Assembly (NCBI GenBank): GCA_030141605.1
Contig: JAQGDQ010001349.1
Location: 1 to 45,363 of the forward strand
Length of the DNA: 45,363 nucleotides
Source of the DNA: Tubiluchus corallicola
Lineage: Eukaryota > Animalia > Priapulida
Reading direction: 5' to 3'
Notes under the pieces: model-generated
Databases searched by the model: none
Told to the model about the DNA's origin: nothing
Seen by the model: only the letters and a program-made list of their open reading frames with translations
Translations under genes and position numbers: made by a program
Part shown: positions 1-13,290 of the stretch, in pieces
How positions within the stretch are numbered: the first letter of the stretch is position 1
Layout of the letters: each line of letters begins with the position of its first letter

Positions 1-412
1 AGTGGGAAAAATTAGCATGCACGCAAATATATTAAATTTTTTACGAACAGTGGGTCGGCTCAAATCAGTTTTATGTTTGACTATCCACATTATGCTGGAT
101 AGATAATTTTGACACTAAATAAATTAAGCTTAGGTAATGGGTCATCCGCATTGCAGTGTATTACGAACTTGCTTTTAAAATATATGACTACCACAATAGA
201 ATACAATGCATATTACCAAGGTAAATGTAGGTAAAATATATTTATTAAAGCAGAATTTTTCACGTTTGAGGAAGTCTATGTACTAGAATTTAGATCTGAG
301 TCCTCCGAAGTGTGCATAAATAGAGGAAAATGTGTTGGTTGTCTCTTACAGCGCTCCCCCAGACCCCCTAGCTGCTTGTACATCAAATTTTTAACCTCTG
401 CCGGCACCCATG
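1..412. repeat. Interspersed repeat, probably a DNA-transposon end; direct copy at 19394-19873
   Basis: Colinear similarity ending at ...GGC(A/G)CCCATGG and containing CAGCGCTCCCCCAGACCCCCTAGCTG. Confidence 0.75.
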
Positions 413-1037
413 GCTGTCACAATAAACACTTGTAGCTCTAAGCTAGATACAGTAGCATGCTAACAGCTAAACACTAACCAACGCGTACCAGTGTTCTCGG
501 CTTCCAGAAAGAGATCGACAATGCACTGAGCCAAAAGTTGCCAACAATGCTTGGTTAGCAGCTCTTTCATGGGTTTACAGGAACCATAAAATCATCAAAT
601 GTTCATCAGCAAATGTCCAAGTGACATACAGTGCATCTATAGTTTTTACAGTCTCCCAAATGCTAAAACTGCACCCACATAAACACAGCACACTAAAACA
701 ACTCCCACTCTGCACCCCTTATCTAAAATAACATAACATGGTCCATAAGAACAATTTCTAGCAGTTCAACAGTTAAAAACCGGATCTTACCACTTCACCA
801 TCTTCAATCCACAGCAGTGATGGATAACCACGGACTTCGAATTCAGAGCAAACTTGTTTATTGGCTGTACAATCGATCTAAGAATTTTCAAACGAAATAA
901 ACGCAGAATTAGTTTCGAGATTGGAAAAAACAATACTGCCAATAGTCGACAAATGGATTCTGTCCAAGTGCTGTCAAAAACAAGATTTTTGTTTATGTGT
1001 CAACATTGGTAGCAGGTCATCTGATGCACTTATTTAA

Positions 1038-1502
1038 CCCTTTCAGTTCCAAATTATTTTTTATAAGAAAAATTTTTTTGGCTCGGTACTTTTGTTCAGT
1101 ATGTCCATCTTGTTTACACATAATAATTTTTTTTTCTACCAGTGCCCGCGTGCTAAAGTATATTGTTTGCCTGTATCCCACGTGATACATTGGGATTCAA
1201 TGGAAGCATAAAATGTGCTTCATTTTGCAACTGCTGATAATTTTTTAAAGTATTTAAGACATTTAGTATGCATGCTATGCTGATCTGTACAAAGTCGTCT
1301 CTAAAGTACTGTACCTTGCGCAGTTTTTTTATGCAATGTAGATTTTCTAGTTTGCCATTTTATCACCATTTTTAGTCTATTGTTATTGGCTTAAATCAAA
1401 ATAACTATTAACAGATCAAATAACTGTCAGTTTTAAAATTTTATTAATTTTAAAGGCAGGAAATATTCTCGTATTCCACGGGATACAACGGGTATGAAAG
1501 GG
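1038..1502. mobile_element. piggyBac-type MITE (465 bp)
   Basis: TTAA|CCCTTTCA...TGAAAGGG|TTAA. An inverted, closely similar copy lies at 39239-39693. Confidence 0.88.
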
Positions 1503-1960
1503 TTAATAATTTAGCTATAGCAGTAAAATCTATACTTGTGAAGTGTGTTTGCTCTAGTGTTTTGCAGAAGTTATTTCGAAGGTTCAACAAAAACAAAATT
1601 TTCATTAGGCACATCATTCCCCCTATAATGTACCGTTTACATGATCAGTTTTTAAACTGTCAAACTAAAACTGGCAAGCAAGAACCGTCAGTCTAAAAAC
1701 TGACGCGTGTTTGGACGACATCAAACTTTACTCCCTCAAACTAAAACAGAAAAGCAAAAGTGACTCACATTGGCTAATTTTATGAAAAGTTACATAGTTT
1801 AGTGAGATTCACAAATAAGAAAACGAATAATTAACATCATCATCAATAGATATTCAGTTTAATTCAGTTTATTAACTCAAAGCTAGAAATGAGTGAAGGC
1901 CATATTTTCTACGTGAATTTATTTCACCAAAATAAAGTTGTGTAAAGTTTGGTTTGGATC

Positions 1961-2168
1961 ATGGTTGAGTTCTGGCACCAATATTGAACTCTGTATTACC
2001 AATACGATATAACCATATTATTATTATCTATGGTTGAGTTCTGGCACCAATTTTGAACTCTGTACTACTAACACGATATAACCATATTATTATTATCTAT
2101 GGCAGAGTTCTGGCACCAATTTTGAACTCTGTATTACTACAACTATATAGCCATATTATTATTATCTA
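1961..2168. repeat. 69-bp tandem repeat, 3 copies
   Basis: Units start at 1962, 2031 and 2100. Confidence 0.9.
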
Positions 2169-2268
2169 ATATCAAATATCGAAATTAATAATCACCATAT
2201 GCATGGGTACCACTTAAGTGTCTTTAAAATGCCAAGTTTAAAAAACAACTGATCCACACTTCTTATAC

Positions 2269-2532
2269 CTGTGTGTTGCATTAAAAGTGTCTTCAGCTTC
2301 CGACATCTCTGAAGGAGAGTTTTCAATGAAGATCCTTTGAATTTCCCGCAGAAGTTGACTGCCATGCACTCCAGGTGGATGCAGTTACTGGAGATGGATT
2401 CAACGTGGCTGTCATCCACAAAACTGATACCGTACATATTGATCACACGCAAATTGGGGATGGAACTCTTCAGTTTGTGAATGTTGATAACCTCGTAGAC
2501 TTCCTCTTCTTGATCTACACGTTCGTAAGTAC
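2269..2532 (-). CDS. F-box/LRR protein exon (GTYERVDQEEEVYEVINIHKLKSSIPNLRVINMYGISFVDDSHVESISSNCIHLECMAVNFCGKFKGSSLKTLLQRCRKLKTLLMQHT); gene probably continues left of the window
   Basis: Acceptor tcttctag, donor G|GTATAA, 264 nt, phase 1/1. It encodes cysteine-containing LRR repeats. I recognised no further exon in 1-2268. Confidence 0.9.
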
Positions 2533-2614
2533 CTAGAAGATGAAGATTGATGTAGACACTAGCCTCACCATCCCAAAAGTCAGTTCATTGCAGGTGTATA
2601 GCTCGAACTACGAT

Positions 2615-3200
2615 TTTATAGATTTATTTCGCAATCAACATGTACATTACATTACATGTGCATCGATAATCAGTTTTTGTTAATACAAAATTATGATACA
2701 ATTCATGAATTCTGCGCTAGAGACCTAAGAAGCTAGCTTATGGTAGGCCACTAGAATTAGTTACAAAAAAAATTACAATATATACAGATACAATATTACA
2801 ATATATACAAATATAAATACGGGTGGGAAGTAATAAAAATATTATTATACTAGAGGGGAAGTTTTTGAAAATGAAAAACAACAAATCATGATTGAGTGAT
2901 CAGTTATATGTTTCAAGTAAGTTTAATTTATAATTTTTTTTTAAATATGGACAGCGAGTTGGCATTTTTAATAGCTGGAGCAATTGAATTCCATATGTAA
3001 GGGCCATTGTATTTAATAGAAAATTTTCTAACATTTGTGTTGCACTGTATGTAGTGATAGTTCAGTCTATAACGTGTACTGTAAATATGTATCTCAGCAT
3101 TCAAACAAAAATAGTCAGTAAATAAGGGAGGTAATAATTTATGAGAGAATTTGTACATGAAAATGGCAGTTTGGAACTTATTAATGTCATAACTGTTTAG
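2615..3200 (-). mobile_element. 5'-truncated LINE (CR1/L2 group), ORF2 C-terminus and 3' UTR
   Basis: FMYK....LP..F..YF......H.Y.TR...FSI.Y.GP.IWNS.....K...SL..FKK.L motif, then an AT-rich UTR with AATAAA. Confidence 0.8.
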
Positions 3201-3455
3201 AATTTAGGTGAAAACGTTTAGGATTCTGAAAATTCTGAACACTAAACAGGTAGACACGTATCTGCGTCACTCACTTTGTTAAAACGTTGAATTTAGTGAG
3301 TTTCGACATTTCATTTAACATAATGCTTGTCTGGCGTAAATATGAACACTGTAGACAGAATATGTTTGCAGAATAAAGTAATATGTCTGCATAATTTGCA
3401 CTACAAATTTATATTCCGCTTTCAAGCTTCATCTAACATAATTTTGAAGCTGCAG

Positions 3456-4395
3456 GATACGTTTACTCGAGCTGATAAGTTTACTCGAACCGATAAGTTT
3501 ACTCGAGCTGATAAGTTTAGTCGTGCTGATAAGTTTACTCGAGCTGATAAGTTTACTCGAGCCGATAAGTTTACTCGAGCTGATAAGTTTACTCGAGCTG
3601 ATAAGTTTACTCGAGCTGATAAGTTTACTCGAGCCGATACGTTTACTCGAGCCGCTACATTTACACGAGTCGATAAGTTTACTCAAGCCAATACGTTTAC
3701 TCAAGTCGATACGTTTACTCGAGTCGATACGTTTACTCGAGTCGATACGTTTACTCGAGCCGCTACATTTACACGAGTCGATAAGTTTACTCGAGCCGAT
3801 ACGTTTACTCGAGTCGATACGTTTACTCGAGTCGATACGTTTACTCGAGCCGATACGTTTACTCGAGCCGATACGTTTACTCGAGCTGATAAGTTTACTC
3901 GAGCCGATACGTTTACTTGAGCTGATAAGTTTACTCGAGCCGATAAGTTTACTCAAGCTGATAAGTATACTCGAGCTGATAAGTTTACTCGAGCTGACAA
4001 GTTTACTCGAGCTGATACATTTACTCGAGCTGATACGTTTACTCGAGCTGATACGTTTACTCGAGCCAATAAGTTTACTCGAGCTGATACGTTTACTCGA
4101 GCTGATACGTTTACTCGAGCTGATACGTTTACTCGAGCCAATAAGTTTACTCGAGCCAATAAGTTTACTCGAGCTGATACGTTTACTCGAGCCGATAAGT
4201 TTACTCGAGCTGATAAGTTTACTCGAGCTGATAAGTTTACTCGAGCTGATACGTTTACTCGAGCTGATACATTTACTCGAGCTGATACGTTTACTCGAGC
4301 TGATACGTTTACTCGAGCCAATAAGTTTACTCGAGCTGATACGTTTACTCGAGCTGATACGTTTACTCGAGCCAATAAGTTTACTCGAGCTGATA
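3456..4395. repeat. 18-bp minisatellite GATA(A/C)GTTTACTCGAGC(T/C), about 52 copies
   Basis: Direct inspection. It explains four overlapping repetitive ORFs. Confidence 0.97.
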
Positions 4396-4443
4396 AAAAA
4401 GAAATGACCTGTGGGAAAAATGAAAATTAGCACTGAAGGTTAT

Positions 4444-4948
4444 TTAAAGGAAAGAAAGGGAAATTTTAAAGTGGGTCTATAAAAACTTTCCACACAGAGT
4501 TACATTACTTATAGTATTACGCTTACCTCTTAAAATTGCGTAACTAGAAAATGATTAATAATTTAAAATGGTCACGCCAATTAGTAAAATATCATTGACT
4601 CACCTTCCCAGTGTGCACCACTGACCCACCAAAAAATATTTTTGATCTTATTGACAACATACAGTAATTCATACTTTTCTTTAGTTAGTGAAACATGTGC
4701 TACGAATGCTCTGATTATTTTTTCAAACTTTACCAAATGTTATCTAAACTTGTGTCAAACCCAACCGTTAAAATGGCTGCGCCTAACTGCTCCGCGTGGA
4801 GTTTAAATTTACAAGTTTTATACAGCGTTACTGTTAATGCATGTTCTATGCGCAATAAGGCAATATATGGGTGATATATGCGCGTGATACAAATATCAAA
4901 ATGATTTTTTTAGTTTTATACAAGTAAAGTAATTTTCTTGTGTTTTAA
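4444..4948 (+). mobile_element. Diverged copy of a TTAA-ended repeat family (possibly Kolobok-type)
   Basis: Shares GACTCACC..CCAG.GTGCACCACT and GCTACGAATGCTCTG.TTATTTTTTCAAACTTTAC with 16662-17185 and 18731-19245. Confidence 0.65.
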
Positions 4949-5798
4949 AAGAAAAAAATTCGTTGTTGTTCTCGTCTTTCTTGAAGACTTCGTAAACACT
5001 CTGGATGTAATGCAAAGCTTTTGGTGCAGAGATAAAGCCGTGGAAGAAAAGGTATTTTAGCAACAATACTTAACCGATCTTAGCATATTTTAACTATATC
5101 GTCCAAGTTGTAATGTGAGTGCCTTCCTAATAAACACAGAAGCATGAACAAATCTTCAGCAAATCTCACTACCACTATAGTATTATGTTAAAGGAAGACC
5201 GGACGATTGTTTAGACTCAATCTCATTTCAATTTACTGTCCAAAATAAACATTTTCTTGCCTATAAAAGTTAACAATTTTCCTTATATTATAATAATTAG
5301 CTTAGAAAGTTAATTATCGGCAAACCGAACACAGCTATTGCTTATGTCAGAAACTAACCACAGTTTGTGCAATGGCAGGCGTCTTCTCTTGCACGTCAAG
5401 CACATGTGCATAAGTGTTACAGTACTGCTTAAACGTATGATGTCACGAAAAATGGGCTCTACATCATATGACGTCAGAAACTAACACAGCAGTTCATGAT
5501 CATGCTTATCACGGTACCGCCTTCTATTTGTCGGCCACGCTGACGTGACAAAAAGGCGCCGCTGCCAATCTTAGTAGATTCACTGAGCTGAGCGTAACTT
5601 TGAAAGTTTAACGAAATTTGAGTATCCGAGATAATTATTGTGTAATCTAAGCTTTGATTTAAAAAAAGCTGTTGTAGTTTTCAATATTTTAGAGCATTCT
5701 TTATTCTGAACTTGTGTTTACACAATCATCCGGTTTTCCTTTAAGTGTTCAATTACAGCCAGAATGGCTGAGAAACAACCAGTTCTTATTACTCTTAC

Positions 5799-6108
5799 CC
5801 ACTAGATGGAGCACCTCTAGCAGTGCAATGAAACCATATATCTTTCTCATGAAGCCCTCCATGAATATGACCTCGCTGAGATTGATGGTCATGTGGGTCA
5901 GATGTTGTGGAAATTCTCTCAGCTCGTTAAAGTCATGCAGTTGCATGGCGGTGGAGAAGTCCAATGTGAGATAATGGAGATTTGGACACTTTATAGCCAG
6001 TTCATGCAACACGGCGGGCGTGATCAATTCCATGGGAAGTTCTATGTAACGAAGCATCACTCCAAATCGAACACTGATGAGGCCCAGTAGAGTGTCTATG
6101 CTTAAAAC
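5799..6108 (-). CDS. F-box/LRR protein exon (VLSIDTLLGLISVRFG...KCPNLHYLTLDFSTAMQLHDF...LSEVIFMEGFMRKIY...LEVLHLVG); resembles the insect FipoQ/CG2010-type family
   Basis: Acceptor ttttgcag, donor G|GTAAGA, 310 nt, phase 0/1, in frame with both neighbours. It carries an LRR-type CPNLxxLxL motif. The family assignment comes from my recollection of the DFSTAMQLHDF and EVIFMEGFMRKIY motifs, not from a search. Confidence 0.9.
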
Positions 6109-6158
6109 CTGCAAAATGTGCAGAACTATTTAAAATGTCACTGATGAAAATTCGTAAA

Positions 6159-7612
6159 TTGTAACTTTATGACCTGTTCGCACTATGTACAGACCAGCAC
6201 CCTCAATCTTGTAACTTTATAACATGTTCACACTACGTATAGACCAGCACCCTCAATCTTGTAACTTTATAACACGTTCACACTACGTATAGACCAGCAC
6301 CCTCAATCTTGTAACTTCATAACACGTTCACACTACATAGACCAGCACCCTCAATCTTGTACTTATAACAGTTCACACTACATAGACCAGCACCTCAATC
6401 TTGTACTTTATAACATGTTCACCTACGTATAGACCAGCACCACACTAGTATAGACCAGCACCCTCAGTCTTGTAACTTTATAACATGTTCACACTACGTA
6501 TAGACCAGCACCCTCAATCTTGTAACTTTATAACATGTTCACACTACGTATAGACCAGCACCCTCAATCTTGTAACTTTATAACACGTTCACACTACGTA
6601 TAGACCAGCACCCTCAATCTTGTAACTTTATAACATGTTCACACTACGTATAGACCAGCACCCTCAATCTTGTAACTTTATAACACGTTCACACTACACA
6701 TAGACCAGCACCCTCAATCTTGTAACTTCATAACACGTTCACACTACACATAGACCAGCAGCCTCAATCTTGTAACTTTATAACACGTTCACACTACGTA
6801 TAGACCAGCACCCTCAACTTGTAACTTTATAACACGTTCACACTACGTATAGACCAGCACCCTCAATCTTGTAACTTTATAACACGTTCACACTACGTAT
6901 AGACCAGCACCCTCAACTTGTAACTTTATAACACGTTCACACTACGTATAGACCAGCACCCTCAATCTTGTAACTTTATAACACGTTCACACTACGTATA
7001 GACCAGCACCCTCAACTTGTAACTTTATAACACGTTCACACTACGTATAGACCAGCACCCTCAATCTTGTAACTTTATAACACGTTCACACTACGTATAG
7101 ACCAGCACCCTCAACTTGTAACTTTATAACACGTTCACACTACGTATAGACCAGCACCCTCAATCTTGTAACTTTATAACACGTTCACACTACGTATAGA
7201 CCAGCACCCTCAACTTGTAACTTTATAACACGTTCACACTACGTATAGACCAGCACCCTCAATCTTGTAACTTTATAACACGTTCACACTACGTATAGAC
7301 CAGCACCCTCAACTTGTAACTTTATAACACGTTCACACTACGTATAGACCAGCACCCTCAATCTTGTAACTTTATAACACGTTCACACTACGTATAGACC
7401 AGCACCCTCAGTCTTGTAACTTTATAACATGTTCACACTACGTATAGACCAGCACCCTCAATCTTGTAACTTTATAACATGTTCACACTATGTGTAGACC
7501 AGCACCCTCAATCTTGTAACTTCATAACATGTTCGCACTACGTATAGACCAGCACCCTCAACTTGTAACTTCATAACATGTTCACACTACGTGTAGACCG
7601 GCACCCTCAATC
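6159..7612. repeat. 50-bp minisatellite, about 29 copies
   Basis: Unit AGACCAGCACCCTCAATCTTGTAACTTTATAACACGTTCACACTACGTAT. Confidence 0.97.
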
Positions 7613-7811
7613 AGCATAGTAAAATGTAGCAATAGCCACTAAGGAGAAGTAATCACCCCGTTCCCGCTATCAACGATGGTAAAGAGTTGAGAGAGCACAG
7701 TTTCCGTTAATAGCCGAAGCTAAGTAATGGTGGACTAGTGAATAATGCCGGAAAAATTTCTTCTGGATAACAAATGTTAGATAGAAAATACATGGAAACA
7801 TCCAGACAAAC

Positions 7812-7979
7812 CTGTAAACCATTGTACTCCGGACGAAAAGAAACCACTTGCCATAAGTGACTGTCATAAGCTACCATACGCCATTTCTTGCAGACACGGG
7901 CATTGCGAAGAATGTCTCCATGTGAAAGATATGAGAAGATCTTTAGTAAAACTTTGTCCGGTAAGTATTCCATTGTAAC
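7812..7979 (-). CDS. F-box/LRR protein, F-box exon (VTMEYLPDKVLLKIFSYLSHGDILRNARVCKKWRMVAYDSHLWQVVSFRPEYNGLQ)
   Basis: Canonical F-box motif LP..vll.IFSYL....l.....VCK.W......LW. Acceptor ttttatttcag, donor CAG|GTTTGT, 168 nt, phase 0/0. An in-frame ATG at 7973 could be an alternative start. Confidence 0.93.
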
Positions 7980-8059
7980 CTGAAATAAAACACACAGAAA
8001 GTGTATTATTGCCAGCATGTGTATACATGTACAACCATAATCAGTTGTGAGGCGTAAAC

Positions 8060-8139
8060 GAACACTTTATAATCATGATCACAGTTTTTCTTAGTTCTCG
8101 TTCCATTTCATCTTTCATTCACTACTCCCCCCACACTTT

Positions 8140-8171
<32 letters not shown>

Positions 8172-8221
8172 ATCATTATTTCAATTATTAATCACTTCTT
8201 TAAGATTGTGTTTTTTTGTTT

Positions 8222-8263
<42 letters not shown>

Positions 8264-8473
8264 CCACGTACAGTTTGGCCTGTCAAGCTATGCTTTTAGG
8301 CTCAAACTGTATGCATCAAAATTATTCTTTAATGTAATTTGCACATGTATATGCTGCATAAGAATCTCTTTTGTAATTTCTGGATAATATTGCATTTATA
8401 TTTATATTTACTTCAGTGAAATTATCTGTATTTTTATTATAACTATTAGATGCAGAGTGGAAATAAATAAACT
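8060..8473 (+). mobile_element. Probable non-LTR retroelement 3' UTR; near-identical copy at 26862-27202
   Basis: Both copies end GAGTGGAAATAAATAAACT. This copy has internal (AT)n and poly-T expansions. Confidence 0.7.
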
Positions 8474-10039
8474 TACAACGAATATCTTATATGGCGTGAT
8501 CTAATATAACAAATTGTCTATGTGTGTGTGTGTGCGTGTCCGTGCGTGCGCGCGCGTGTGCGCGCGCGTGTGTGTATGTATTCACTCGTACAGGTCCTTA
8601 AAAGTTAGCTACTAAAGTTCTTCAAGTTCAAAACTCGTGCGCCTAAGTTCAATGTTGTTACGTTAAAAAATTGTTACAACAAAAAATTATGTTACTTGTT
8701 CCGTTTCCTGCTGTTCGCCGGCAAGCACCTGGCGAGTCAAACTGAACGTCCTACCATGCGCCATATTGTTTATATTCCGTAAATATCTGTCACTATCTTA
8801 ATTACGTCTTCGAATAAGCAACCAACACACCAATAACACTACTTAAATACACGCACTTTCATAAAATATAAAATTTATGTTTGCTCTATGCCATAAGCAC
8901 ACTACCACCACTGTAAACTGGAACTTCTCAAATGGTGTACTATTCGCTACTAACTGTCGGCTGGTTAGGAATGTTCTCTTCCAAAAATACGTTTGGAAAT
9001 CACAGATAGTGTCTGCGTTGATGACGTGCGTCAGTTATTTTAGTCGTCTCTCTGCATCACACAGGAATTGGACCCACCACCGAGATTAAATTTTACAAAG
9101 TTTACACTTACACACGAAATTCGTAAACTGTTTGTCAAATGAACGTGAAAAACTTTCTTGGAAGAAACACAAGAAACCAAAATAATTTTACTGGTCCATA
9201 GAGACATCGATTCTTCAAAGCAAAGAAAAATTATTATCTTTATTTTTGTGAAGCTAATTTCATTAGCAGAAGTACGAGTGAGTAGAACCGCGAAGTTTTT
9301 GTTTTGATTTTCTTCCGAATATAAAAACAAATGAACATGCTTGAAACAATTAGAACTTTATCATAACAATTATGGCCGTAAAACAAATCAAGAGTAGTCA
9401 AAACTTCTGTCAGTATCCATCCTCACAGTGGTGGCAAAACAGTGGTGTTATCTTAATCAAGTTATCTTAATTTTACATGCTATTAACAAATAATAGTCTT
9501 CCTATCTTTTATATCATCTCATATATGAGCTTCATTCAGTACATCATTACATTCTGTAGCACTAATGTTTATTTTATCATACGATTCACTTCAAATTTTC
9601 AGATTATTTTCATTACTTTTTTTCTTTCACTGTGTGGGACAATCTAACAAGCCCCGCTTTTTGATTGCCCGCAACACATTTACCTTCGTGTATAAGTGAA
9701 CAGTGTTTGAGGCTTTTCCTGTGCAGTATTTCTTATTTGTATTTTGTTCATTGTAGGCCCTTTCACTAGATATTGTACATGAAACTATTGTAAATGTGTA
9801 ATGTGAAATAAATGACATGACTTGACTTACAACTTATAACTTAAAACCTCGATATCAATCGCTCGATAATCTGTCGAAAATGTAAGTGAAAATGCCTGTG
9901 AAAAGTTATGCCAGCTACAGCTGCAAAGTTATGAAGCTCACAGCAAGCTTTGAGATCAGTAGATCGTATTACTGAAGCCGTCTTTATGCTGTACCACGCA
10001 GTCGGCTATCCCATTCAGGATAAAGGCATTCCACTGGTT

Positions 10040-10680
10040 AAGTTTAAACATAATTTATTATAGGATTGGATCAGACAGTTTGAACTACATGATTTAGGAT
10101 CCTCACCATAACAGACTATATACACTATTTACAAAAACATTTACAGTAAGAATAGACTATAACTACACAAGCTGACAAGTTTTACTACAAGATTACATTA
10201 GACATTAGTAGAAAATGACGGTTAGAAAATATTAATGTACGAATATTTAAGACTGATGCATTTCATATCAGATAGAAACTACTGGAAGCGTTTAGTACGT
10301 AATATAAAGTCATGTATACATTGGAATATTTTACAGTTAGCAACATAGTTAAATTCATCTTTTCCGAATAATAACAACTTCAACAGATCATTAGTTCCTA
10401 AGGCAGCTATATTAAGGTTTTCGGGCAGAAGTATTTCATTTAGTTTATCAAACATAACAACCCTAGTTTGTTGATACAATGGGCAGTGCAACAAAAAGTG
10501 TTCAACAGACTCAAATCGAAATCCACAGTTATAATTCGGCAATATTGGATGACCGTTATTATCTTTACAGCCTTTACAGAGAAAAGGTCAAAGTTTAGCT
10601 GAGAAAATCCGATTCCCATGCGCGTATGATGCACTGAAATTGGAGGTTTAGCAAATGAAAAATGTTTGTTACGCATTGTT
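10040..10680 (-). mobile_element. 5'-truncated CR1-group LINE, frameshifted ORF2 end and 3' UTR
   Basis: HTRM.IGFSQLN, then CGFRFESVEHFLLHCPLY...LLFG...FILRTKRF, and a UTR ending AATAAATTATGTTTAAAC. Confidence 0.8.
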
Positions 10681-10872
10681 TCTTAACCATTCCATTGGTT
10701 TCTATAGGGCAGGTGGGGAATAAATCCAGGAAAAAAAATCAGGAATCCTAGCGTAGTTAAGCTAATTAGTGCAACTCACTTGTTACGCAGAATGATTTTA
10801 AATTAAATGGCTATCGTGATAGTGGCTATAATATTATATCAGTGGCTACGTATAGACAAAGCAAATTCCATG

Positions 10873-11488
10873 TTAAAGCAGAGCAGGACTCAATCTCAAA
10901 CTACAGGTCAAAACAATCTTTAAATACTCTTTAAAATATTGAAAGGAAACATACTATTTCTTTCAAAAATGACTTACGCGAAAGAATTCTTACCACACAA
11001 ACACAATTTCAAGTTCGCGCCGCTATTTCATGCATTTCTCGATTCGCTAGTTAGACGGGCACTAACACCTCCATTTCGGAAACGCATTGTACAAAAAAAC
11101 AGGTGCTGTACGTCTCAGCTCAGATGTGTTAGTTTGTGACGAACTACACACGTTCGACATCTCGTGAGTACAGCGGTAAATTTGAAACTTGAATTTTTAT
11201 CTTAAAACCTGCTTAGTTTTAGTACAACACACTGAATATCTTACAGCAGCACTGTACTTCAATTTTTGCTTTCACAAACACGTGCTTCACGCTCGTAGAA
11301 TATTTTTGCTGTGGAAAATTATGTTAGTTTGTGACGTCACCAATAGTTGGGCTCGTCCGCCGTTAAGTTTTTAATCTACTATTTAATTATTAGAAACGCT
11401 TTTGCAGTATTAATTGTGTTAAAACGTATACTTTTATCGGACTTGAAAATGGGGTTAGTATATGAAAAATTATCAGGTCTTCCTTTAA
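10873..11488. mobile_element. Probable Kolobok-type MITE; related end at 5188-5500
   Basis: TTAA|AG...GGTCTTCCT|TTAA. The sequence at 5188 starts TTAAAGGAAGACC, and both carry GTTAGTTT(G/C)TGAC repeats. The TIRs are poor. Confidence 0.5.
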
Positions 11489-13001
11489 TGACACGTTAAT
11501 GGATGAATTCATTGACTACATTTAGCACAAACAGAAAAGGCCAAATTTTTGAAAAAGCACGAAAAAATCGCAAAATAATATTTTGCTTGACAGACGCAAC
11601 GTGAAAAAACGTTGAATTTCTTCTTTTATGAGGCCTCATAACTAACATCTCTTTACACCAAAATACCGTCTCTGAAATTAGTTGCAAATATCTGTGCTAA
11701 CAGAAAAAATTTAACCTCCAATAGTGATGAATTGATCTCCATCAAAAGGTATACTTTCCTTACTAGTTACTAGTGATTTTTTTAAAATTGTGTGGAGAAA
11801 TCACAGTTAAATTATACTAATTGCATGATGCTTCAATCGTTTTAGCGATAAAGAACATGTGTGATTAAAGTGCTGAATTATTCGAATCTATAGTTTTGGA
11901 TTCGAATCGAGTTCGAACTAAAAAAACCTCGTTCGAATCGAACTCGAACGTTTGATGCTCACACTTAAGTCCCATTTCTTGAAAGTGCAAAAAAAGCGTC
12001 CTACCTTTTCACACAAATCTTTATTATCACGAGATGGCCAGCTAACTAAAGATTACGCAACTGTTGAAAAATACAGAGCGGTCACGTAAGCGAATTTCAA
12101 GCAAAATGGAACAGAATCAGCCGTCGAATTTGCCACATCTATATTTATAGCCATAACAAGGGCCTCAGCTTTAGCAGACGGGGAACGTTTGTTAGCTTGA
12201 ATATGCACAAGATAGCAGCTGCAAAACTCGCTTACACAACATATGTTGACAGATAGAAGCCATAGTCAGAACGGGTAAAAAGTACACACCAACATGGGTT
12301 TCTTTCCTTAAATTTATCTAATCAGAACTCGACTGCTTCTTAAATGAGGTTACATTATGAATTCAATTCAATTTTAATTTATTTTCTCTTTATAATAGTA
12401 CAATAAAACATGATTAACAAAAGAATCGCTAATAAGTTTTGAAGAACGGTTAAAATGTTTAGATAGATCTAGAACTAGAGAAAGGATAGCGAAAAGACTA
12501 TAAAGTCACCTAGTCTGCTATCCTTTACCGAATAGTGATTAAAAGATTTTTTAGACACTGGTGGGCATTAATGTTATCAGTTTAATTTAGGAAACATTAA
12601 TAATTTTTAAAATTATGACATTTGCTATATAATCCAGAGAAAAGAATATACATGTAGTTTAATTAGGGGGCAACAAAATAAGGTCAATGTTGATTAAACT
12701 AAAAATTACACTTAGATTTTACGTGAAATACAGGTGAAAATTGTTATGAAATGATAAAAACACTTTGGGTTAATAATGCTATTAATCAACAACAGGAGTT
12801 AAATACATTTTGATTTGAGTTCAACTTCATTATTTCTAGCGAATTGATGAATTTGCTTGTGTTTAATCACACACATTGTCTCTAGGTTGCAGTTCAATTT
12901 AGATCTATTTCATTTACAGACTTTAAAGTAGATTTCATTTTCCAGAGTATCAGGTTGGACTGCAGTAACAGTTAATAGCAAGTGAAACGGTTTATGGGAA
13001 G

Positions 13002-13290
13002 CAGGGCCTACTTCAGCCTAAGTGAGGCCCGCGGAAGTGGGGCGTGTGAGGCCCCGTCGGGGAGGGGAGGGGAGACCGGGCGCCACCATGATTGGCGCCC
13101 AGAGAATTTTTGAACTGCTAGAACGCCGGAGAAGCATTTTCGAAGAGAAAATATGGAGTTATACAGCTGTTAAAGGAAAGAACAATTGAATGTTCGCTTA
13201 AAGAAAAAAAATGTTACCTCGGCGCGAGGCCCCCTGGATGGTGAGGCCCCGAGGAAGTATCCCCACTTACCCCCCCTGAAATAGGCCCTG
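13002..13290. mobile_element. hAT-type MITE
   Basis: TIRs CAGGGCCTACTTCA and TGAAATAGGCCCTG, with an 8-bp TSD ATGG(G/C)AAG. A related copy lies at 23423-23670. Confidence 0.85.

Noticed and set aside
420-960. Next F-box/LRR exon
   Set aside because: I found no minus-strand frame with LRR character and matching phase-1 splice sites. The exon probably lies outside the window.
3327-4433. Four long repetitive ORFs (140-334 aa)
   Set aside because: They are translations of an intronic 18-bp minisatellite whose unit is a multiple of three. There is no domain or convincing splice context.
6073-6160. CTGATGA hammerhead-core motifs
   Set aside because: No properly placed stem II and GAAA partner was found, and the first motif lies in coding sequence of the opposite strand.
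6159-7612. CRISPR-like regular array
   Set aside because: The units are contiguous with no unique spacers, there are no cas genes, and the context is a eukaryotic intron. The same applies to the other minisatellites.
11880-11960. TTCGAA clusters as heat-shock elements (also 27770-27880)
   Set aside because: The spacing is TTCGAA, not nTTCnnGAAn. It is more like subterminal repeats of a decayed DNA transposon.
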